A stretch of 62,273 bases of DNA, counting the filler, from Globobulimina sp. (taxonomy: Eukaryota): the NCBI GenBank assembly GCA_003354225.1. It is 20 parts of 20 records of this genome, joined end to end, with 100 filler letters (N's around TTAATTAATTAA, not from the genome) between each part and the next. Parts side by side here need not be neighbours in the genome. Positions count along the whole stretch, not along the records: positions 24,959 to 27,977 come from PIVH01003997.1; positions 28,078 to 31,096 come from PIVH01003998.1; positions 31,197 to 34,215 come from PIVH01003999.1; positions 34,316 to 37,333 come from PIVH01004000.1; 16 more parts are not named here. One strand, given 5' to 3'. The notes beneath the pieces were generated by a model. The model saw only the letters and a program-made list of their open reading frames with translations. It was not told the origin of the DNA and did no database searches. Below, piece after piece: positions 25,501-35,267 of this stretch; within the stretch, counting starts at the first letter, position 1; every line of letters starts with the position of its first letter. A program made the translations under genes and the position numbers.

Positions 25501-26414
25501 TTAATTCTCGTCTCGTTCACCAAGAGTAGAATGATCAACAAATAATCTGCGGTTGAGCTGCTCAATCATAACAATGCAACAACCAGTGGTCAACACACTT
25601 CTCAATACCACCGGCAGCAAACCTCTATATAGTCCTGGCAGTCCATCTTTTTTGATAGTATTCAAGAAATTGACCCTAAAACTTGTTGAAATGTAATTTG
25701 TATCCATTCCCAACTTATCGAATTTGCGTTTAGTGGCTTGATCCGCAAAATTTGTTTGTATTTGTGATTTTATACAGTCACCAGGCAAGCCAACAATCCA
25801 TGAGCCGACACCACACAACGAACCAGTTAAAAATGGATATAAAAATTGGGAGTTATTATAGTTTGGTATATATCTCCGACAGCCTTCCAATATACAAAAA
25901 TAAACAGATGAGACAGGAATATCTCTCATTAGACATGATGTAAATCCTCGATACATTCCAACATATCCTAAATTCAAACGGATATCATTGAATGCAGTGA
26001 TTGATGTTGCACGGTATCTTTGTGCGTAACATTTGACACATTCAAATGGGCAAATAATGACTGACCAGGCAATCCCAGCAACTCCGCCGGAAAAAAAGAC
26101 ATTCCACAATGCATCGGATTTAAATATCCCCAAAGATTTTTGATACAAACCAAAATTTATAAGCCACGCGGATGGTGACGAAATCAGTGGTGGTAGTATA
26201 CCCCGATATAATTGCCTCAGAATATCCTTGCTTGCATGTGTTTGTAATCTTACCTTAACTAAGCAGTCTAAGCTTATTATCATTAAGAACAATTTTAAAT
26301 TATACACAACGTACTGCTATCCAATGGATGTCCTACTATTACTTCTGTAAACCCACCACTTGTTGAAAGAACAACTGTTTTCACAACCGGCGAGTCCCAA
26401 CTTATCAAAGCCAT
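25501..26414 (-). CDS. Mitochondrial carrier (SLC25, carnitine/ornithine-carrier-like); intron 26259-26314
   Basis: Splicing a 56-nt GTACGT...TAG intron gives GHPLDSIKVRLQ. The other two signatures are PFECVKCYAQ and PGDCIKSQIQ, plus GxYRG motifs. Confidence 0.92.
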
Positions 26415-26470
26415 GATGATATAGAGTGTGCGAGGATAATTCAAAAGCGTTAGTGTTTCAGTTTCAAGTA

Positions 26471-27835
26471 TTAACTATCAACAACTTTGTCATTTACGTT
26501 AGCAAATCTTGGACCCAAAAGTTTACCCAATGGACCATGCAATATCGGTAAATACTGTCGTAAATATGTCAATAACAAGACAGGATTTGGTGAAATCCAT
26601 GCTTCAATCAACGAATATTGCAACGCAGTGCAATACAATGAACCACATCGTTCCAATGTCATATTTGTGCCAGTTCTCCCTTCATATCTACTTCTTTTCT
26701 TTGCATCTATGGAAGCACCAAATGATGGATGTGAATCAGGTGTCAATGAAATTGGACCTGGACAAATTAAATTTATGTCAATCCTATCATCAATAAGTTC
26801 CATTCTCATACCTTCCAAATATCTCATTATACCAGCTTTTGACATGGAATATGCAGATTTCTTTGGTGCGCCAATCACTCCGCAAATAGAACTAGTCACT
26901 GCGATTTGATGCACTTTCTTATTTTTCCGATTTGTTCCACCAACATTGATATTATTCCTCCAATATTTTACCATTGCTTTCGATATTTCAATGGGTCCAA
27001 AACAATTAAGCTGTTGTAAATATAATAATATTTGTTGAGTATTATCAACGGCATACGAGCACTGTGTGCGACCTGAATTGATTACAACAATGTCAATATC
27101 TGCTGTCTCAGTCTCTGATAACTCCTCCATTAACTCACTGACATATCTATCCGCAAAACTATTATCAGCCAAACAATCCAAAATATCCAACTGTTTCACA
27201 ATGATTTCACATTCTAACGGTTCCACTGCTGTTTGATCAGCAGATTCTAATTCATTGCGAACTTTCTGTTCAATTTGTTGCACAATGCTTGGATCCAGAT
27301 CTTTATTTCCATCATCAGCTAAAGCTTCAATTTGTGCATTCACTCTCTGTTCAACTGTTGCGTTCATATTATTAATACGTTGAGCATTTTGATTATTTGT
27401 CTGTGTGATAAGTTGTTGACAGCGTTGCTTAACCTTTTCTAATTGTGTTTGTCTTCGAGCTGATATGATTATGCGTTTTGCGCCGGATTTAAGTAAATCG
27501 TAAACTAAATACTCTCCAATGCCAGATGAGGCACCAATTATCCATATTGTTTTATTGGCCATGCCATTTGAATCAAACTTTGATCGATATAGATCATAAC
27601 CGTAGGTCACAAAATCTGCATCCATGAAATAATAAAATGTTCCGACAGCAGCAGTTAAAAAGAACAATCTTCGAAAGAATGCTCTTCGATGTCTGCGGTG
27701 ATAGGGACGATGAGGAGATCCAAACATAGCAGTTCGTAATAATGATCCATATGGATATTTTTTGATGAATGGTTGTTTTGGGAATGTTCGTAAATGTAAA
27801 TTCCTTTGACATGCTTTCAAGAAACTCGAACTCAT
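26471..27835 (-). CDS. Short-chain dehydrogenase/reductase (DHRS7-like) with Arg-rich presequence, TM anchor and internal insertion
   Basis: WIIGASSGIG, INSG, TSS, catalytic YSMSK, ICPGPI. Confidence 0.88.
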   Translation of the reverse strand: MSSSFLKACQRNLHLRTFPKQPFIKKYPYGSLLRTAMFGSPHRPYHRRHRRAFFRRLFFLTAAVGTFYYFMDADFVTYGYDLYRSKFDSNGMANKTIWIIGASSGIGEYLVYDLLKSGAKRIIISARRQTQLEKVKQRCQQLITQTNNQNAQRINNMNATVEQRVNAQIEALADDGNKDLDPSIVQQIEQKVRNELESADQTAVEPLECEIIVKQLDILDCLADNSFADRYVSELMEELSETETADIDIVVINSGRTQCSYAVDNTQQILLYLQQLNCFGPIEISKAMVKYWRNNINVGGTNRKNKKVHQIAVTSSICGVIGAPKKSAYSMSKAGIMRYLEGMRMELIDDRIDINLICPGPISLTPDSHPSFGASIDAKKRSRYEGRTGTNMTLERCGSLYCTALQYSLIEAWISPNPVLLLTYLRQYLPILHGPLGKLLGPRFANVNDKVVDS

Positions 27836-28077
27836 GATCCAACCTGGCCCGCAAAAAAACTTGGATGAGTGACTGACCTCAGAAGATAATGTCGAATCTG
27901 TGGTGAATCGAATTAAATGCGTTAAAATAACTTTTTATGTGCGCTTTGTCATTAAGAAGGACGAATACATTTTCAAANNNNNNNNNNNNNNNNNNNNNNN
28001 NNNNNNNNNNNNNNNNNNNNNTTAATTAATTAANNNNNNNNNNNNNNNNNNNNNNNNNNNNNNNNNNNNNNNNNNNN

Positions 28078-29063
28078 AAGTAATCAATGTCAGACAATCC
28101 AGCAATCGGTGGAACATTACTGATCGCACCCGTACAAATCACGCATTTCTCAAATTTTATCAACGTATCGGCAACTTTGATACTCTTTGCATTGACGAAG
28201 CGAGCATGGCCTAAATAGCAGTCAATATTATATGGCTCGGTGCTGAATCTTTGCACTGCATCGTGTTTGGAGATGGAAGCACGAACTTTTCGCATTCTTT
28301 GCATAATCATATCAAAATCCACCGTTACTGCATTATTCTTGATACTGACACCAAATGCATGCTTTTTATTTTTTATTTTTAAATCATACAATATTTTGGC
28401 AGATTTTAGCAGTGTTTTCGAAGGAACACAGCCAGTGTTTAAGCAATCGCCGCCAAATAAATGTTGATCAATAAGTGCACATTTTGCACCAAATCGAGAT
28501 GCAGTAATTGCTGAAACTAAGCCAGCTGCGCCGGCACCGATTGCCACCAAATTATATCCCTTTGTTGGCGGTGTTGGATTCTTCCAATTGAATGGATGGA
28601 CATTATCTAATAACTGTTTATTATGTTTATCCATTGGTGTAATACCAAACGTATCTTTTGGAGCATATTTGTTGTATATTTGGGCATATTCCATAACCGA
28701 TGACATTGCAGGAACGGATGGCTGTAAATTGATAACGCGTTTGTTGTCTTTGTTGAATTTCGGAATAAAATTAATCAAATATGAATTATCACCATTTGCT
28801 TTAAAATCTTTATTGAAATAATAACGGCAACTTTGTGCGATAGGGTCAAATGTACTGTTTTGTGGATTTCTTGTGATGATTATCTGCTGTCCCATCATTA
28901 ACTGCATTATAAACATTGCCTCGTTTTCGTCATTGGCGATCTTGTTATGGATCATGAATGTTACGGCTTCATTTGGGGCGAATCCATTGGAACTATACAA
29001 TCCATCATGCAATTTATTCACAAACGTTTCTAGTTTTTGTTGATCTGACTTGCTCGCGGACAT
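28078..29063 (-). CDS. DEP-like domain fused to a MerA/dihydrolipoamide-dehydrogenase-class flavoprotein disulfide reductase, 3' partial
   Basis: VAIGAGAAG (FAD binding), GGDCLNTGCVPSK (redox CxxxxC), ICTGA. The N-terminus has FAPNEAVTFM...EAMFIMQLMMGQQII...F...YYF. Confidence 0.85.
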
Positions 29064-29105
29064 TGCTTCAGTTTTCACACTAAAAGGTTTTTCACGAACA
29101 TATGA

Positions 29106-29897
29106 TCACTTTATAATTTTGCACCAAGCGGGAGAGGTTTCAAAATCCACCAACATATACCAACATTCATCATCATTGATTGCTGGCAATTTAAATGTGT
29201 AAGATTGAGTTTTAGGTTTACATATTTCGCCATTAATATAATATGTTAATAATGCATTATCAGTCGAATAGTTACAAACTACTTTCACTCTTTCATTGGT
29301 GTCATAACTTTTAAGAATTGGTTTTTCAAACTGTTGCGCTTGTAATGGGAATACACGATTTACCTCCTCGTGTCTTGTGTCGTTGCCTAAATAGATTCGA
29401 TTATAACAATTATCAATGCCATAACAACCAAGCAACCCGTAATCTGAGGTATAGTTAAAATCATTATTTGTATTTTCTTTAACCACACCAATTGTTATTC
29501 CACTTCCAATATAAAACTGTACTGTCCACTCAACAGTCATTCCCCTGTAAATTCCATCTCTGCCACGGCATGCTTGGTTTGTTTTGGATGAACTCACTTT
29601 TAAATTGTCATCAGACAATGTCATATAATCCCCTTTGTATTTTGTGGACCAAACCACTTCAAATGACTGAAAGTAATACACATGGAATAAACTAATCACA
29701 TCTATTGGTAATATTTTTGTTTCGCTCTCATAACTTTGTCTTATGTATCCAAATACCAATAATATGGAAATATAGTTTCTATTTCCTTCTCTTAGTACAT
29801 CTTTAGTTTCCTGTGGTTCATTGGAAGATGAAGACATCACAACATCTGAATCAGTTGAAATGGCTTTATTAAAACGTTTACATTTACAACAAGACAT
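29106..29897 (-). CDS. SPRY/B30.2-like beta-sandwich protein with N-terminal LLVFGYIR motif
   Basis: LSDDNLKV, VEWTVQF...ITIGVV, LLTYYING, WY pattern. Confidence 0.6.
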   Translation of the reverse strand: MSCCKCKRFNKAISTDSDVVMSSSSNEPQETKDVLREGNRNYISILLVFGYIRQSYESETKILPIDVISLFHVYYFQSFEVVWSTKYKGDYMTLSDDNLKVSSSKTNQACRGRDGIYRGMTVEWTVQFYIGSGITIGVVKENTNNDFNYTSDYGLLGCYGIDNCYNRIYLGNDTRHEEVNRVFPLQAQQFEKPILKSYDTNERVKVVCNYSTDNALLTYYINGEICKPKTQSYTFKLPAINDDECWYMLVDFETSPAWCKIIK

Positions 29898-29940
29898 TTT
29901 TGCGTCCTCACTCAGACTGTTTTCGTGGTTACAAATTACA

Positions 29941-31096
29941 ATGCAATATCCTTACAAGATTTGCATCCTTGCTTTGATCACAGCAGCAATTATTATTTAC
30001 TTTTTATCCTTTCTGTTGATTCCAGATCCATTGCTTGAAAACAGATTCTATGATGGTGACATCAGCAACTTTCAGCAACACAAAAACGATGAACGTGATC
30101 AATATGATGAAGCTAAATACCTTTATTTTACAGCAGATAAAGTGAGTAACAAAAGTAACGAATGTGGCAGATTGTGGTTGTATGACAAGAAAGGAGTAAT
30201 TTTAACAGTTTCTGAGATTAATAATAATTCCATACATATCAAAAGTGCATATGCCACACATTGTAACTCATCGCGAATCACCATATATATAACAATTAAG
30301 GGCCCAGAGTATGTTGGAGGACTGGCTGTGGCCATAAAAAATAAATGCGAGTGGTTCTATAGCTTTGTGATAACACAAAATGGATTTTATATGATAAATG
30401 CACGACTGTTATATTTCGATGGTGATCTGGAATTCGATTATTCTCTCTGTCGACAACAACATGGATTCATATTATACAACAATAAAACAACAAGAATCAG
30501 CCAACCCGATGGTGTTTACATGGACAACGAATATATATTCAATCAGATAACACCGCAGAAATTCTATGCTGTGGATGAGCAATGTTGTGAATGGTGTTCG
30601 CGAGTAAACAATTGTTCCTATTTTATGTCTGATCTCTCAAAGCGAGCCATTCCCGCTCAATACATAGATAATAACAGCAAAATAGGCCAATTTAAAAGCA
30701 GCATATTCCGCAATTTATGCACTTTGTTTAATGATAAAGTCAAACTCAACAAAACAATGAAACTTTTATCCGTCACAGAAGCAGCAAAGAAAATCAATCT
30801 GCGTTCGAAAAAGTGGGTATTTGGACAACATAGAAATGAAAAAACAAGCTGGTATTTGGGCAATTTATTGGGACAAACACCGACCACATATTATGAATGT
30901 AGAGGTAAACAATTTGATTTGATACATAATGAGATGTATAATTATAAACAATTGATTTATTTGCAAACTGGTTCGAATTCTGTGCAGAATGAGGAAGCAC
31001 AGCCACTTCCACTTTGTACTTTGGATAATATGGAAAAATTAAAAGGAAGATGGATTAAACGAAACTGTCAAACAATAAATTGCACCAAAACTAGGC
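29941..31096 (+). CDS. Type II membrane (Golgi/secretory) protein, NXPE/PC-esterase-like, with an apple/PAN-like Cys motif; 3' partial
   Basis: N-terminal TM; Ig-like segment (GPE...Y.F...GFY.I); CCEWC....NC.YF; LPLC......KGRW. Confidence 0.5.
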
Positions 31097-31196
31097 NNNN
31101 NNNNNNNNNNNNNNNNNNNNNNNNNNNNNNNNNNNNNNNNTTAATTAATTAANNNNNNNNNNNNNNNNNNNNNNNNNNNNNNNNNNNNNNNNNNNN

Positions 31197-31761
31197 CCCA
31201 AAATATAAATTTATTTACGAGAGTAAATTATTTGAAAATGTAGAAAATATAATTGATGACTTATTGAAAAATAATGATGAAAAAAAGATTTGTTTTATGT
31301 TTGGTATCACATTTATTGAGAAAATAAAATTATTGATTTATATTTCAAAAAGTTTTAAACAAAAGTTTTCTGTCAATAAAACAAAGAAAGGTTTATTATC
31401 ATTGTTAGGATTAACAAATGAGGATAATAATTGTTTTACTGCTAAACATATGCATGACAAAAATGCACAACAATTTCAAACAATTGCTTTAAAAGGTATT
31501 ACTTTTAAAAATTTGAATAAATTGCTGGGCAATAATGAAGATTATGAGAGAATTATTGGGATAAAATTAATAAAACCAAATGGATCGACATCAAATATCA
31601 GAAAAATGACAAAAAATGATATTACATTGATTACAATCCCATATTCGGATCATTGCAACTTTGAAGAGTTAAAGTATTTTATGAGGAGTATGGACGCACT
31701 AAAGATTATACCAACTGCAAATTTAAAGGAATCAACTAAGAATATTGCGAAATATGCCTAA
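31197..31761 (+). CDS. SNM1/Apollo/Artemis-family DNA-repair nuclease, beta-CASP (DRMBL) C-terminus, 5' partial
   Basis: IPYSDHCNFEELKYF....KIIPT and IKPNG motifs. Confidence 0.75.
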
Positions 31762-31804
31762 AAAAAATGTTCAATTTGTTTTCTCTATGTACAATATATA
31801 ATTA

Positions 31805-32830
31805 TTAAGAATCCCAACAACATCCAAAACAAGGAGCCAACAAACAACACAGCAGACAACCCAAACAATTGGTAGTTTCCGCACACTTGTTTTTCGGCCA
31901 TTGGTAGCGTAAGTGATGATGTTCAAATTCGCGTTCAATTCTTCTAAAACGATACAGCAACGGTGGATTTAGTAAAATATGAGTAGCAATTCTTTGATTT
32001 CGAGATAGTAGCACTATAATGTTTCTATATCTCAATGTTAACGCAATTTCCAAAGGTATTGAACCTGCCTAAATATATATGCATAGGTAATATTTTTAAA
32101 GCAAGTATATATATATATATGACAAACATACTTGATTACGATGTAGAACATCAACTGTGGTGTTATGTATCAAATAATTGACAACAGCACTCTCATGCAT
32201 TCGGACTGCTAAATGTAATAAGTTGTTACCTTCACCATCAGTTTGGTTGACATTGGCGTTTGTTTTCTTTAACAACAAATCAAATATTGATACTGATGCA
32301 TGCATTATTGCAACATGCATTAAATCATATGTGGCCGATATCGAATCTCCATATAAATTAATAAACCATTCAATAAAATCCGAATGATTGCAATTACTTT
32401 TCATTGCAGTGGATAATAGTTGTTCTGTGCCATAGTACTTAATATTCAGCAAATAAAATCGTAAGATATCTATATTTGTCGCATAGTCGATCTCAATCAA
32501 CAAATTATGTCCTCCTAAATACATTTGTAATGGATCTTTGTCTAAATAAGATTGAGATAATGAATGCATATTCCAATGATCATCAACTAAGCTGAATGGT
32601 ACAATATTTAAACGAGCAGCGGATTGTAATAACTTCCATCTTGATGCGGTATCTAGTTTAAAATATATGCAATCATTCCATAGCTCGATTGGGATTGCAA
32701 GCAATAATATCGAAATCATTGTTGCATTCATAATGTTCAACTTTTCAGTAGAAGCAACTAGGACATCTGGCATCAGTGCCAGAATTATTGAATGAATATC
32801 CATAACTCCCAATGAAATATATTGAGTCAT
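31805..32830 (-). CDS. Ankyrin-repeat protein with F-box-like N-terminus and Cys-rich tail; intron 32069-32131
   Basis: NANVNQTDGEGNNLLHLAV. A 63-nt GTATGT...TAG intron gives NQ|AGSIPLEIA. Tail CLGCLLCCLLAPCFGCC. Confidence 0.75.
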
Positions 32831-32956
32831 TGAAAGAGAGAAATCATATTATTTGCAAATTATCTCAATAAACGTCTCAATATGATTTCACTGAGAGCTA
32901 TAATTTTTTAATATTGCGTATTAAATGCCGTAGAGCAAACAGCAACAAAATAAACT

Positions 32957-33705
32957 ATGAAAGTATTATATTTATTTATTTTATTAGTTTTGGTCCAATG
33001 TAATGATGTTAATTATGAAGCAATGTATAACAATGAATGTACGACAACGACAACAACATCATCACCAACTATTCCATCAGTTTCCCCAACTCCATCGCCA
33101 GGTATTATAGATTTATAATTAATTAATTATAATATTCAATGTACACAACAAACTATAAATCATTGTACGTGAATTCCTTAATACAAATTAAAGTGCAGGA
33201 ATGGAACAAATATGATGGGAATAGAATGGACGGTGATGACGCAAATTCTGACCAGAAACAAACATCAGCATTTTGTAAATGTTTAGCCAAAGAAAAAGCA
33301 GCTGGTAAATCATATGCTTTATCACAGAATGCATTTAGTAAATGCATGGATAAAGTGAATGGAAATGATGCGTCTCATTGGGAGAAAGTTGCAGCAAAAT
33401 ATCAACAAAGATTTGGTGTAAACACTTATTGGGAATCAGAATCAGCAAATCAAACTACAACTACACTCGTGCCGGAATTTGAACGTGCGAATGTTATAAT
33501 ATTTGGTGTGAATGGTGACGATGCAGCATTTTATGTAACTATTATTGGTTCGATTGTATTATTATTTATTTTTGTATGGTTTAAATGGAAGAAAAAAGAT
33601 TATGAACAGATAAATAATCAACATATTAATAAAAATGGAAATGGTAAAAGTTGCCAGGCAAATTGTAATAGATTTGCTGGATGGAATCAATATTCTTCAG
33701 TTTAA
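32957..33705 (+). CDS. Small type I membrane protein (signal peptide, Thr/Pro-rich stalk, TM); intron 33102-33193
   Basis: MKVLYLFILLVLVQC; a 92-nt GT-AG intron joins in frame; TM FYVTIIGSIVLLFIFVWF followed by KWKKK. Confidence 0.65.
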
Positions 33706-33978
33706 CAAAAATAATTACTTTATAACAACATTTATTTGAAACAGAAAAAATTTAAAATTACATCTTGAATTTGAAACACGTTTAATTTAAAAACACTTTA
33801 ATTTGAATTGATTGGCTTTGCCTAAACTAAGATATGTATACTAGCTTCGAAGCGGGGACGAAGCCTAATGGTTTTCCACACTTTTACATTTAACCTCAAC
33901 TTTAACTGCTAAACTCCTCGCACCACATTGGATCCTAAAGTGCGTTCGCAATCAGTAAAATACCAAAAGCACTAAAGT

Positions 33979-34215
33979 ATGTCATATGATGATCAACAAT
34001 CTCATGATGAAGCAATGAATGAAATACGATCATCAGTACAGAGTATGAATATTTCGAATGACAATGAGTCTGAAGAAGAAAAGGAAGAATTAGAATGTCA
34101 TGCACGAATGATATCATTTTTTGCTCATAAAGGAGGTGTATCAAAAACCAGAAATTTCCATCATTTAGCATATATTTTGGCAAAACAATTTAACTACAAA
34201 GTGTTCATCATCGAT
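33979..34215 (+). CDS. ParA/Soj/MinD-superfamily ATPase with acidic N-terminal extension, 3' partial
   Basis: ISFFAHKGGVSKT (deviant Walker A), HLAYILA, KVFIID. Confidence 0.7.
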
Positions 34216-35267
34216 NNNNNNNNNNNNNNNNNNNNNNNNNNNNNNNNNNNNNNNNNNNNTTAATTAATTAANNNNNNNNNNNNNNNNNNNNNNNNNNNNN
34301 NNNNNNNNNNNNNNNAATATTCCAAACTTACCTTTGTTTATTAACTGTGTATTTTATAACAAACAAACAGAGGTTAATTAATTATATAAATGATTAAAAT
34401 CAATACATGCAAAAGGAACAAGGTTTCAGTTTTCAACACTGTAGTTTTTATGTGTAATCAGCAAATTCATTGAACAAATCAATCATCAGAGAATCGGTGG
34501 GATAGCTAAAATGACAAATTACCTGATATTAAAAAGCCATATAGATCGAATCTTTTCATGATAACGTCGCAACTTTGAGCGAGGATTGTCTTGCTTGTAG
34601 CTTGAGAAGGGATGTGTTTAGTAGTTTGGAGTTTAAGTATTATTAAAAACTCTTCTTCCATCCAAACAGTAAAGATACAAAAGCAGTGACCAAACATTTT
34701 TTGATAGGCAAAACTTGGTGAACCCAAAAATGTGTTAACACGAAGATAAGTTTTATATAATCCCATAAATCAAAAGAAAGAAGTCCCAAGACATCAGACA
34801 GCGTTGGGACTTGTTTATTTTTATTTCACCAGTGAAATTCACCTTTTTTTATAACATACCGGGTTTTTTTTTTTTACAGAAGGTAGAACCTAGCCCTATA
34901 TAGTATGTGCTACTAGAATTAACACACATTGAAAGAAAGAAATGGAACAAAAAAGGTGAATTATATAATTAAGGCATCCATTATTGTAGTTAATACATGC
35001 GGCAGAAGTTATGGTATTTATCATAGCTGTTACTTTCTTATGATTGCGTGCAGAAGATGAAAGCTTAAGTGGAGAAACGTGAAAAGTTTTTAGCCAAATA
35101 TGAAAAAATTAAGATTTAATTCAAGCAAAAATGATAACGATGCTGAAAAGTACAAAACAGCGTTGTAATTCGTAAAAAAAAAATAAAAATATTTATGTTA
35201 ATTTGCAATCTCACTTGGTTGGTGTGATAACGATGCAAATCATAACTTTCTAAGTCGTATTTCCATT

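Noticed and set aside
28078-29063. Bacterial mer operon
   Set aside because: No merR/T/P genes, eukaryotic neighbours, and the C-terminal Cys pair is not visible, so mercury reduction is unproven.
33979-34215. Plasmid or phage parABS partition locus
   Set aside because: No parB or parS is visible and the contig carries spliced eukaryotic genes.
34506-34766. 86-aa minus-strand ORF
   Set aside because: Short, no recognisable motif, no supporting exon structure.
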